Source: Octopus sinensis
Lineage: Eukaryota
DNA length: 64,000 nucleotides
Assembly (NCBI RefSeq): GCF_006345805.1
Contig: NC_042998.1
Span: forward strand, 173,476,001-173,540,000
Direction of reading: 5' to 3'
Shown: piece by piece, positions 39,337 through 51,913 of the stretch
Layout of the letters: every line of letters begins with the position of its first letter
How positions within the stretch are numbered: position 1 is the stretch's first letter
Made by a program: the position numbers and the translations under genes
Notes under the pieces: generated by a model
Told to the model about the DNA's origin: nothing
Databases searched by the model: none
What the model saw: only the letters and a program-made list of their open reading frames with translations

Positions 39337-40739
39337 AATAATACGAAAATCAATATTTACTATCGAAAACGTTTGGAACAAATCTTTCCATCTTTCACAC
39401 TCCTTTATCTCGAAGTTCTGTGAACGCAACGAAATTTGAAACACCAATATTGACAAGTGAGTTCTATATTCTTTCTATATATAGTGAGTAAAAAGAAGAC
39501 AATATACTTCATATAAATTATCAATGTTTCCATAAAAATAAAGCAATAATAACGTAACGAACGGATGCTGTTACAAGTACCAATGCCCACACGAAATTTC
39601 GTGTTGGTTTATAAAAAGCACACATCAGTAGCATTATTATGTTATCTCATCTCTAACTTGTTCTTTTGTAGAACATCTAGGGCGCTACTACGTATTTTTT
39701 TGCATTTGTTTTTGTTGTTGTTGCTTTGAGTCGTTATATTTCTATTTTCTAGATGTCTTAATAGCGTTGCTATGCATATTTTATGACTATTCTATATGTG
39801 TACAATGCTTCTAGACATTTTACTTTATTCCATCGTTCACACGTAGTTATCGTTGTATTTTTATGATCACGCGTATTAGAAAGCCAATTACTATATCTGG
39901 CGTTCACCTATCGAGAAGACACTACACGCTCTCACGCTGACATTACAGACATTTTGTAGTCTGGAGACTAAATTTAGACGACGGCATACTGCATATAAGA
40001 CGGACTAATGGTATCGTTTGTAATGCAGATTACATTGTATGTCATAGTTGATTTGTATAGCGTTCGTTTTGATAAAGTTTGGTGAGATTTTGTTGTGTAT
40101 ATGTGCTATTTTTACTCATATAATGTGTTAGTACACAAACGCATTTAATATTTGTTATACTAAACATTATAGCTCAAGTATAATGTAGCCAGCGAACGTT
40201 ATGAATAAGTATTGTAGTTATTTTAGAAGCTAGAAATATTTTCTGTTTCTGAAATTTTAAAAACAAGTGAAAATTCAGTATATTGGTGTGATTTTTTTAC
40301 TCTGAATCTGATTTTGTTATTCGCTTGTCGCAGAGAAATGTTGTAGAGGTTTAAAGTTTGATTATTTTTACCCAATCACGAAACAGGATTTGGAAGCTGG
40401 AATTTTGTGTGAAAGCTGTCTAAGACAATATTTCACAAAACGTTACAACTAGTTTTTATAAGTTTTAGTTTATAAAGTTATGGGAAATATTCTTTTCTAC
40501 ACTAAGTACAAGGCCCGAATTTTTTAGGGAAGGGGCTAATCGATTAGGTCGACCCCAGTACACAACCAGTCCTTAATTTATCGACCCCGCAATGATAAAA
40601 GGTAAAGTCGACCTCGGCGGAATTTGAATTCAGAACGTGGGAAATACTTGAGCAGACATGTAAACAAATGGAAAATTCTGAGTGATATTGTTTTTGCGAA
40701 AGATTACAAAATATAGAAATAATGAACGTTAGGTCGAAA

Positions 40740-41100
40740 ATTGTAACCATCAATTTCATGAATCTGAGAGTAGGCCATCTACAAGTCGCTAAAATTTGTG
40801 TTTCCTGGAAGAATAGACTGATGTATGTATTCCTCTAATGCATCGCGATTCTGACATGGTATGGTACAAAAAAAATATTTCTGGTCTCGGGACACACTCC
40901 TCCGAAAGTCCACTGCTCCATTAACACCAGTCCTCGTTTTGTATTTACGCTGCTTCAATAAAATTTCCAGGACCGGCAATCTGAACTGGGGTGCGGAGTA
41001 GGTCCTCCGTACATATTTCACGAATGTAGCTCTTATAATCAACAGCTGTGTAGTGGCAAGCAGACTTATGACTTGGCATGTTACAATAGATGCAGGCATC
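40740..41100 (-). mobile_element. Merlin (IS1016/IS1595-like) DDE transposase relic
   Basis: Across frameshifts: YKSYIREICTEDLLRTPVQIAGPGNFIE..KRKY..QWTFGGVCPETRNIF..PCQNRDA..I...ILPG..SD. Confidence 0.65.
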
Positions 41101-43041
41101 AATATTTCTGTGGCTTTATATTAGCTAAAATTTACCCAATATTTGCAAACTTTAAAAGCTATTAACATTTTATTATTAAGTTATGTCAAAAATGAATTTC
41201 ATTTCCATAATTAGCATTCAAAACTATAGCAATAAACCAAATTTGAAGATAATTGGAACAAAATGAAAAGAAACGAAAACTGCGCGAAACAGAAAGGATC
41301 TGGGCTAGTATAATTGATTGATAACTGTTTTATTATTCTCAATATTTGAAAATTTGAAAGTAAAATATATTTTATTATTAGTAGTGTTTATATTAAGTTG
41401 GTGAAATGGCAGAGGTATTACAGCGGTGTGAATATGACGTTGATTTTGTTCCGGCTCTTCACTTTCTGATCTCAAACTTGAGTAACGTGACTTTTACCCC
41501 TATCGTTATTCCAGTGTTACACAAAATAAAGCATTAGTCAACCAATGGTATCGACAATAGCAACTAATCTACTCCGCTTAAGACTACATACCTCGTGTCT
41601 AAATAAGAAATAATTATTCCTGCTATTTTGTGGTGATAAATTGAAAGAATCGTAAGAGAGTCGGAAATAATATGTAGTATTTTTTTCAGCCAATTTTGTT
41701 CAGATTTCAAATCCTGCTCAGTGTAACTTCGCTTTGTATCCCTCGGGGATTGATAAATGATGTGTAAAAATAACGTGTCCCCTCTTGTTTTGTTTAGTCT
41801 ATTCTCTAAACAGAACAAGATGTAAAAATACTAATCAAATACTGAGTCGCCGATATCGACTAAACACCTTCCTCTCAAAACTCTTGGTATTGTACCTAAA
41901 TTAGGTACAAAAATAATTATTATTGATAGTTTCATTGTTTTTCGCCATGGACGGTCAGTTTTCAGAGTGCCACTTGGGAGGTAGTTTCTTTTGAGCTTAT
42001 TTGATCAAATGGGTTACATTTTTTTCTTGTCCTTCGAAGAGGGTGAAAGAGAAGGTTCATTCTTAGACATATTTATCATATACACATATTTTTGCAAATA
42101 TCAGTTTCACCTTGTAAAAGTTTTAATATGATTATTCCTAAAGTATCAGGAGAAATGAGTAGGCCACAAATATTGCGCATAACTCCCTCAAAATTTCAAA
42201 AACCTCTACAAATAAAGAAAAATATAAATAAGAAAATGACAATTACCCAGCTTTACAGTCTGTCTTTTACATTTAACAGCACCGAGAAATTGTGAAACGG
42301 GAACTCAAATAAAAAACAATAGAAAAAGTACGAGTAACAGAAAATTATTTGTTGGAAACCAAAAGAAAATACTAGACATAGATCAAATTGAAGCCAATAA
42401 AAATGTGAAAGCCACAGGTAATAAAAGAAAATTATTTGTTTACCGCGAGAAGAGCGAGCAAGTGGTTACATACCTATGTTTATCGAGATGGGGTATCTTC
42501 TATAGAGTCTCTAAGGAAGGGTTGGGATATCTTATATTGACATCATGTAAGTTCATAGGCTGGAATTAAGTATGTTGTATTATGAGTCAGCCAGTTAACT
42601 AGTGCGTTTCACATGCTGCGGCACCTGCCTCCCACAGGTGTGTATCGAAATATATATATATATCAAGAATATAAAGGACACAGTCAAAGATATTGTTGCC
42701 GATTCCTTTGCTGGAATCTTGACATGCGTAAGATTTGGCTCGTGTTTATAGCAGATCAAGTGACCGCCTAGAATCTCTTTCGTTGAATCAGTTTCCCTGA
42801 AACACCATCTGCTTTGAGCGTTATGATACACCTAAGACATACTACTAAAATATCTGTAGAGTCTTTGCTACTAGTTTAACGTACATCATGCGATTATTTG
42901 ACTAAAAGTGTTGTTCCACTTTAGATCAGTCCACTTTTATTGAACACTAGCGACTACATTTTCCAACGCATACTAATTTTTAAAGACAATTGAGTGTGAT
43001 TTAAAGGAGATTTCGCTGATATTTCTAAGTTTTACTACTTA

Positions 43042-44327
43042 CGAGGGACGTTCAATAAGTAATGCCTCTGACCCACTTGCAGTTGTTTGATCTAGCTGAA
43101 ATTTTGCATGTGCAATCATTTTTATCTCTATAGAGTAAGTGGCAAATTACAGCTCTGAATTGTGGTTTCTGATTTACAGGTGTTTGAACCGAGTCAAGTG
43201 TGAAATGGAGCCTGTTGAGTGTCAAGCAGTGTTCCGGTTTTTGTATTTGAAAGGACGCACACCACGGGAGACTTTTGATGAAATGAAAGTAACTTATGGT
43301 GATGATGCCCCATCATATGACCTTGTAAAACGCTGGCATCGTGAATTCAAACATGGTCGGAACTCTGTGGAAACAGCTCCCAGATCTGGTCGCCCCTTCT
43401 GCCATTGATGAGGCATCTATCCGTCAAGTTGAGGCTGCTATTTTGGAAGATCGACGCATAATTATTCGCCAAATAGCCCATGAGGTCAAGATTAGTACCA
43501 GGTCTGTGGAAACTATCAATCATGACCATTTGCATATGCAAAAGGTGTCTGCCAGATGGATTTCCAGGTTGCTCACGCCTTTCCAGAAGCAAGAACGCGT
43601 CGAGTGCTCGAGGGTGAATTTGGAGATGTGCCAAGAAGATGAGTCGAAATATTTCAAAAGACTGATTACACAGGATGAAACCTGGGTCCATCACGATGAT
43701 CCAGAGACCAAAGCCTAGTCAATGCAGTGGAAGCACCGTGACTCACCCCCTCCAAAGAAGGCAAGGGTGCAGCCCTCCGCTGGCAAGGTCATGCTCACAG
43801 TCTTCTGGGACCAGGACGGAGTAGTGATGACAGATTTCTTGGCAAAGGGTACCACAATTGCAGGAGCCTATTATGCTTCACTTTTGAGGAAATTAAGAGA
43901 AGTTATCAAAATCAAGAGGCGGGGCAAGATCAGCAAAGGCATCCTCCTCCTGCAGGATAACGCTCCGGTCCACAACTCGCTTGTGGCCAGATCAGAAGCA
44001 CAGGCGTATGGCTATGAACTCCTCCCCATCCCCCCTACTTTCCTGACCTTGCACCCTCTGATTTTCACCTCTTCCCAGTCATGAAGTTGTTTTTGAAAGG
44101 AAAGCGTTTCCCAGATGATGCAGCCTTGATTTCTGAAGTCACGTTCGGGTTGGAGGACCAAGCTGGGGTCTTCTACAAAAACGGTCTCCAGAGCTGCATC
44201 AAACAATGGGAGAAATGCGTAACTCTGGGTGGTTCCTATGTAGAAAAAGACTATTAACTGTGCCAAGTTTCGTTGCTCTACTGCTATGGGAAGTGGGTCA
44301 AGGGCATTACTTATTGAACGCCCCTCG
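43042..44327 (+). mobile_element. Full-length (1286 bp) mariner, irritans/Himar1-like
   Basis: About 37-bp TIRs cgagggacgttcaataagtaatgc / gcattacttattgaacgcccctcg, with TA target duplication at 43040-41 and 44328-29. Confidence 0.95.
43205..44257 (+). pseudogene. Mariner DD34D transposase with frameshifts and an internal stop
   Basis: RSGRP, KVSARWISRLL, ITQDETWVHH, SAGKVMLTVFWD, LLQDNAPVH and a frameshifted HPPY(F)PDLAPSDF. Confidence 0.92.
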
Positions 44328-46560
44328 TAAATGCTGTTTTCGTATATTTGTTTCAAATTTCGGCACAAGACCAGCATTTTCGAAGGGGTGATAATTCGAT
44401 TAAATGTATCAAAGTGCTTGTCTGGTACTTATTTCATAAAAGGAAAAATCAACTTCGTCATAATTGGAATAAAGACGGATGAAATACTGCTACACCTGTT
44501 GTCCGGCTCCCTAATGATGCTGACAGCTCGCCGCCTTGCTTTTTTCTGTGATATTTTAAGCCATAGTACGCTGTTTTTGCCAATTATCTTTTTCATATCC
44601 AGCTCACCAGCTGTTTGTATATACAGTTCGCTTGTTTTGATTCTACTTGAAGTATCTTGGCGATATTCAACATACTTGCCGACGTTCGTTTGGTTTGAGA
44701 TCACAGCTTCAATATTTCATCAGAGCAATTATTTCTCCATTCTTTGTCAGCTGAATAGACACATAAGCAACAAGGTAGTTCTATTATTGTTATATACCAA
44801 ATTCTATAAGTGCAAGTATCAATTATATTTATATTTACTTTCAACACCCAGCCATTTATCACTGATAATATTACTTTACTAGAAATGAGCAATTAAAAAT
44901 GAAATTGTTTCTGGCTTCTTCATGATGACATCATAAACAAGGCTTCCTTTAGTGTACCGGGATGAGAAAAGGCTATTTAGACGCATATTAGTACCTTCTG
45001 ATTACAGTAAAGTTCAATAATAACCACACATAGATTGTTTCTCTTAATTTATTCCCTGTATGCTTTCCTTAACTATTTGTTTTAATTTATTCGTTATCGA
45101 CATATTTTCCTATTTTCGTTTTTGTAGCGCTTATGCCCTATATGTATGTGTGAGTTAAATGAAAAAGCGTGGAACTGAATTTATTTTCGTAAGTTTTTGG
45201 AAGGGAATGTTTTCGGAGTGATAGATATGTTCTTTGTTATTTATACTTGAGATGGATGTGTGTGTGTGTGTTTGTGGTGAGATTTTGGAGGCTTGGTTAG
45301 AGAGAGAAAAGAGAGGAAGTGGTTCTTTCTTGCGATGTTTGAAATTGATACGGATCAAAAAGGTCACATTTTATCAGCTGCAATAAATTTGTTTTGCCCA
45401 TTGCGTGAGTGATAGTAGTTTTGGGCAGTTGTCATTTTACCCAGTTGCAGAACATAACATCTAACAAATTATTTTATTATGAAGCTTGTATAATTTTTTT
45501 TATTCATGTTGTATTGTAGTAAAACTTATGTTATATGTTTTATTATGCAACTGTTGATATATTAGCTTGATATTAAAATTTGCTTATGTGCAGACAGTAT
45601 TCCTAATCTCTTTTGTAACTACCTGCCATATGCTTGAGAAGGCCTTTTGGAAATCTTTTAATGAAATGAAAATTATTCTTACATCATTCAACTTATATGT
45701 TGCAGTACCCTCCAAATTATATATTGCCATTTAACTTATTCGTGCCATGAGCTGACTTGTGCTTTTGCTTTGCTTCTTTAACCATACTGGTTGCATTATA
45801 CTGGGCAAAAATTATACTGGCCATAAATTATTCGTAACTTTTCTATCTTTAAAAGCTGGTTACAGCTGATCAAAACAGGCTTCAATAAACTCTGCTATGC
45901 TGATAAAATCCAGTAATACAGAAATATTTGTACAGTAGGCCCAGGCCTACAAAAACGATACGGTCTTCCTAAAACCCTTAGCGTAATGAGATTAGTTGAT
46001 AAATTCTTGAAAGTATTTCTTCTTTTCTTTGAGAATCGTTGACTCACGCTATTTTTGTTGCCTTTCTTCAAGAAAAGTGCACATTTTAATTGACTCTATA
46101 ATTCGGTGTATTTACCGCTTAAGCTATTCGTCAATGTATAAAAATCTGTTTTCTTTTGTATCTATTCTGTTGTTTTTTTTTGTCTTCTTTGCTGTGTATG
46201 ATCCTTTCATTGTTTTTTAAAATAAAGTTTTCTTCCATACGTCTCCGATAACTTTTTCGCTCTCTTGATAATAATATTATCAACATTAAAGACAAATCTT
46301 TTGATGAATAAAGTTCCTAATATTTTGAATATTGTTTGCAAACACATTCCTCTAGCGTAGACTTTAAATCATTTGTGCATTCTTTGAGTACTAACAGTAA
46401 TTGCTTTAAGCACTACTTTCTTCAGCTGCGGCCATACACAAGCCTGCAGAGATATTGTACTGTCTAAATCATATAATGATCAACGATAACTGATGGTGAA
46501 TTTATATAAGTAACATGGATAGTACTGCGTTTTATGTGCCAGAACATATTTTATCTGTGA

Positions 46561-47990
46561 CTAGCACTATGACCCGGCGTTGCCGGGTCTAGTGCTTGTT
46601 GTTCGTTTCCGGGTCGCAGTAAAAATTTCTCACTAAATCAAGAGCTAAGTTTCTTATCACATTTCAGCTCGGGCCAGATTTGTTGTTTATGAGCTAGTTG
46701 GAGTTTTTATGAGATTAATTAATATTCATTGGACTTTGGTTTTCACACCTGGAAAGGCATAATCAGGGAAAATTAGTGGGGCTGTACACATGCCATTAGT
46801 CGGACAAAATAGGAGGCAGAGGAAAGCGAAAAACTCGAATTTGACCGCAAAATAGCATGATTTTGAAAATACACATAAACCTCGTATGTTGAGTTTCGGT
46901 TTCACACAAAAACCAGTTCTGCGCAATCAGTCTCGCGATGGGAAGGCATAGGTGGGAGTTTGACTGGCAGAGGTGATCAAGTTGCACATGCCAGCCCTCT
47001 TGACACCAATCCCCTCGTCCTATGAATGAATAGCAATGGTGGGAAGAAAAGTGCTGATTCCGGCGAAAAGGCAGAGCAATTAGAGCACAAAAAACAGCAT
47101 TCAAAGTGATTTTATGAGTATGACGCATTGAAGCAAGTAACGCAGTAAGGTCAATAGTTATAAGTTCATGACGCATAGAAATACATAAAACGTCAAGGTT
47201 AACTAATGTATAAATAATAGTTATGCCTTTTCGCCGGAAGGCTAATTGGGTTCCCGATCCATTGAAATGGAGGAGGTTAAGTTTAGAACACAACTAAGCC
47301 TTCAACTAAAACCTAGACTAACCTTACGGAGGGGGACGCGAGAGCCTCTAATAGGCAGCTTCTAATCCCGATCTATCATTAACTCATCCTAGGGTTCTAA
47401 ATGACATGGCCGTAGAGGAAATTGGCTGTGGAGATGTGAATGGCGGGTTCGTTTCGGAGGACGACTGCATTGGATTAAGGACCATTGAAGAATGTAGCTT
47501 TGGAGATCCTAACTCGTTAATTATTCCCTGCATTTCTCAAATCAAAAAGCGTGCACGTTTGAAAGTCAAAACATATGATAACGCGTCTTCGCAAGACACA
47601 AACATGCTCTGAGTCATACAGACTGTCTGCAAATGCGCATGTGCATTCAACTGTGAAGGGTAAAATTATCTCCGTCCAATCAAAAAAAAACTGGCATTCT
47701 ATTGGCGTATCTAGCTGTACGTACGCACCGCGTGCAAATTTCTATGTTTTAGCAATTTTGAATGGATATTCCCATAACTTATGGGCATAAGGGATCGGTT
47801 TATCGATTTTTTTAATGAGTTTCTGGAGTGACTGGGGAAATGAAAAGATCTTCACGACCACCCTGAGACAGTTTGAAAGCCCAGAGAAAATGCGAACCTT
47901 TTACGTGAAAAAATGTGGATTTGTATAGAGGACACACAGACACATAGACACACAGATACACAGACATTTTCCCGTTTATAGATATAGAGA
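46561..47990 (-). mobile_element. Non-autonomous Helitron (1430 bp)
   Basis: Minus strand: 5' TCTCTATATCTATAAA; 3' hairpin gacccggcaacgccgggtc then CTAG; A|T insertion site. Confidence 0.85.
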
Positions 47991-48369
47991 TACGATGTTT
48001 AGCTTTCTAGAAAACATCAGCATCACCTATATTTGCGTATTGTTAGTATATCTGTGATAGTTCTACCAAAAGCCATGCAATAACGATTAGCAAAAGTCTT
48101 CAACTGAACGACAAAGACATGTTCACCAAAGTATTACAACCACAAGCCTATCTTTATAGTTTCTTTATCTTTATCTTAATAACAGCAAGTACTAAAATCT
48201 GATTTATCTTGCATACAAATCGTTATTCTCCTTTCCTCCCAAATCCTGCACGTAACAATTTCCTGATACTTCGCCTTCTGCAATGCATCCCCAAAGAATT
48301 TCTTTCATGCTCAGGTTTTTCTACAACCAGTAACCAGTAACAAGTTTAATTTGAAGATAATAAACATCA

Positions 48370-48780
48370 TAGGCGCAGGAGTGGATGTGTGGTAAGTAGC
48401 TTGTTTACCAGCCACATGGTTCCGGGTTCAGTCCCACTGCGTGGCACCTTGGGCAAGTGTCTTCTACTATAGCCTCGGGCCGACCAAAGTTTTGTGAGTG
48501 GATTTGGTAGACGGAAACTGAAAGAAGCCCGTCGTATATATGTATATATATGTATATATGTGTGTGTGTGTGTTTGTGTGTCTGTGTTTGTCCTCCTAGC
48601 ATTGCTTGACAACTGATGCTGGTGTGTTTATGTCCCCGTTACTTAGCGGTTCGGCAAAAGAGACCGATAGAATAAGTGCTGGGCTTACAAAAGAATAAGT
48701 CCCGGGATCGAGTTGCTCGATTAAAGGCGGTGCTCCAGCATGGCCGCTGTCAAATGACTGAATCAAGTAAAAGAGTAGAG
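48370..48780 (+). mobile_element. SINE family A
   Basis: Well-preserved copy. Confidence 0.88.
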
Positions 48781-49856
48781 AGATATATATTCATATGTTT
48801 GGAAAGTGCCTGCAAAGATAAAATAAAATTGGTTATTTCTTACAGTTATTTACATATTTTACACTTACATGATTTAAAAAGTTTTTCCCATTAACATTGC
48901 TTTGGCCAATTCTATTTTGAGTCTGGAGTCTGTTTGACTGTCACTATCTTAGATTATTCAGCGGTGCCGTTTAATAATTAACGTTGTATGTCTCCTTCAA
49001 ATGTGCAGCAACTCTGTTATAGCACAATTATGTATCTATATCATATTTGTATAACATTTAGTATTAAGATTTTTAAGTGTGCTTATACATAAACGCAAAA
49101 CATAGATACACGGACGTACATACAAACACAAGCACATACGCATACACACACACGCACCGCACATATATATATATATATAATTATGTTTGTATATATATAT
49201 ATATAATTATGTCTGTATATATATATATATATATATATATCTCAAGAGAGAGAGAGAGGAAAACATAATAGTATATTATTGCCCATCTACTTTCTGCACC
49301 AACACGAAATAATAATATGCAGAAGAAACAACGAAAAAGTCAGAGATAACAGGGAGGAAAATAAAAGATACACGTCAATACGGTGGTGATGATGATTATT
49401 TGTTTGTCGCTGGTAGTCATAGTAACATTTGTGACAGTGAGAGATGTTAGCAATAAACCAGATGTGATAAATCTTATATTACTTTTTATTAAATTTCTGT
49501 TCACAAAATAATTCAACTGTTTGGTGTTAGTTCCTTGCTGCCTTCAAAAATTTCCACTACCTTCTATGCTAACACTTTACCATCGTCACCACAACAAATC
49601 GTTATGTATGTCTCTATGTATATGTTCCTCACAACTAGTTTTTACCTAGTCTTTACCTTTGTCTATACGTTTGTTTCATTTTATATTTTTCTTTTTCAGT
49701 GTCATTGTTCATGTTATTGTAATTGTCTCAACAACTGTCCCTCATTGTGTCCCGTGTCCGGTCGTCTCTGACCCAAGGGGATATGTTTTTGATACCCCTA
49801 AACTGGACAGAGTTGTAGGAAAATGCTGAAATTGTCTATCACTCTATCTATCTATC

Positions 49857-49906
<50 letters not shown>

Positions 49907-49927
49907 CATATACATATATATATATAT

Positions 49928-49962
<35 letters not shown>

Positions 49963-50075
49963 ATATATATACATATATATATTCAGATGAATATGGTACT
50001 TAAGTTGCGGTACCAAAATTTAGTATGGTATTATCCATACAATTTCAAATTAAGGTGATTAAAATCAAAATAAGC

Positions 50076-50534
50076 AACAATGATATCCAGAGGTAATGTA
50101 GTACGATATTTCCCATCAACTCTATTTAATTGAACAATGCAATCATTATATCAAATTAAAATGTAGAGCAATCTTCAGCTGCACAAAGACAGAATTTAAT
50201 TAAATCAGAATAGATGGACACATTAGTATAATTATACCTAAAATCTCCAAGAAGTTAAAGTGATAGACAAAGAACATTTTGTTTCTACGTCAACATAGAA
50301 GTAGAGTAACTTCTATGCTGAAGTAGAGACATGTTCTTTGTCTATCTCCTTAATTCTTGGATATTTTAGATACACTTATACTAATCTGTCCATCTGTTCT
50401 AATTTAATTACATTCTATGTCTTTGGGCAGCTGAAGATTGCTCTACATTTTAAATTAATGTAATCATTGCATTGTTCAGTTAAATGGACTTGAAGGGATA
50501 CGATCGTAATTCATTAACTCTGGATATCGTTGTT
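50076..50534. repeat. About 460-bp imperfect palindrome (foldback) centred on a 6-nt loop at 50303-50308
   Basis: catagaagt-agagta-acttctatg at the centre. The arms match outward to aacaatgatatccagag / ctctggatatcgttgtt. Confidence 0.85.
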
Positions 50535-50722
50535 ACCGTTGGCGATTTTTTTCCTGTCTTCCCTTCTCTGGATCTTTCCTTCTCCTATGTTTCCGACGAA
50601 GAGCTCCGCTGGAAACGTTAGGCCCTCCTTCTTTCCTTCTTTCTTGAGCGTCCAATAATACTATATTTGTTCCACGTCCTCGCGTTGTTGTGATTTTTTG
50701 GTGCTTTCTTGTTTGGATTATC
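50530..50722 (+). mobile_element. Solo Penelope pseudo-LTR-like repeat with decayed hammerhead (50593-50619)
   Basis: CCGACGA-A-GAGC-TCC-GCTG-GAAACGTT. Same family as 2165-2372. Confidence 0.65.
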
Positions 50723-50739
50723 TATATATATATATATAC

Positions 50740-51229
50740 ATAGTAAAATTTATTTTCCAGGAGAAGGTGGCAGTCCTATACAAGTACGATGTTGCTCTTG
50801 TTTAGCCCCAGAAAAATCTTTTCCACCTGGCTATCGACACACAGTTTGTGTCCGTATAGTGTAAGCAAGGGAGGTCATTGCTCCCATCTCTAGATTTACG
50901 TGATACTTACAGACCGAGGTTTCTGGGTTTTCCTCATCGGAAATCAAAGGCTAGTGATGGGGGCTCATTCAACTTGCTTACACTATATTTTGTTTTAAGC
51001 AACGCACACTCGCTGATCTCGTGAAGAGAAAAACAGCTAGTTTTAAATCTCTGATCGAGAGATATGTAGCAATAGGACCGAATAGTAAAGTTTATTTGCC
51101 AACAGAATGTGGCAGTCCTATACAAGGGTGATGTTGCTTTTGTTTAGCCCCAGGAAAAGTTTTTCCCAGCTGGTTATCGACACACAGTTTGTGTCCGTAT
51201 AGTGTAAGTAAGGGAGGTCATCGCTCCCA
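50740..51229 (-). repeat. 1.4 copies of a 342-bp tandem unit related to the 358-bp retrozyme-like unit; decayed hammerhead at 50906-50946
   Basis: gtggcagtcc recurs at 50767 and 51109. Minus strand reads CCGAUGA-GGAAAACCCA-GAAA-C-CUCG-G-UC. (TA)n flanks. Confidence 0.7.
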
Positions 51230-51540
51230 TATATATATATATATATATATATATACATGATAAATGAAGGATGGATGATAACATAATTTTATGGAAGATT
51301 TATGGAAGATGGAATATACTATAATTTTGTATTAATCACGACAAGTTTTTCGACATATCTGGCATCGATTCCTCGCGGATGGGATACTTAACAACTGGTT
51401 CAGGAGCATCTGTCGGTGTAGTTATGTCTCTTCGGGTGATAAATAAATATAACTCGTTAAAATATCTATCTATATATATATATATATATATATATACCGG
51501 AGTATCGATCTTATCCTTATTTATATAAATTTATACCTAT

Positions 51541-51577
<37 letters not shown>

Positions 51578-51593
51578 TTATATATATCGTATG

Positions 51594-51633
<40 letters not shown>

Positions 51634-51652
51634 TAATATATATATATATAAT

Positions 51653-51913
51653 TACGTAAGACATAAATGAAATACTTACTCATACCCATGGAAAAGGCAA
51701 GCACTAAGTCCTGATGTAAATTTAATGTAAATTTAATAGTGTTCACTTCCGGACTCTCTCACTCTGTGAAAGTTTCTTGTTCGAATCACACGTTTCTCGA
51801 GATGCGCGGAAGATTTTCTATTTTGGATATATTTGGGCTACTTAGGTCTGCTCAGGAGTTAGTGCTTGCTTTTCCCATGGGTATCAGTAAGTATTTCTTT
51901 TATGTCTTACGTA
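51653..51913. repeat. 62-bp imperfect inverted repeat with a 137-bp spacer
   Basis: tacgtaagacataaa...gcactaagtcctga (51653-51714) versus tcaggagttagtgc...tatgtcttacgta (51852-51913). Confidence 0.8.

Noticed and set aside
51340-51440. Minus-strand CCGAAGAG...ATATGTC resembling a decayed hammerhead
   Set aside because: GAAA is missing and there is no helix I or II pairing.
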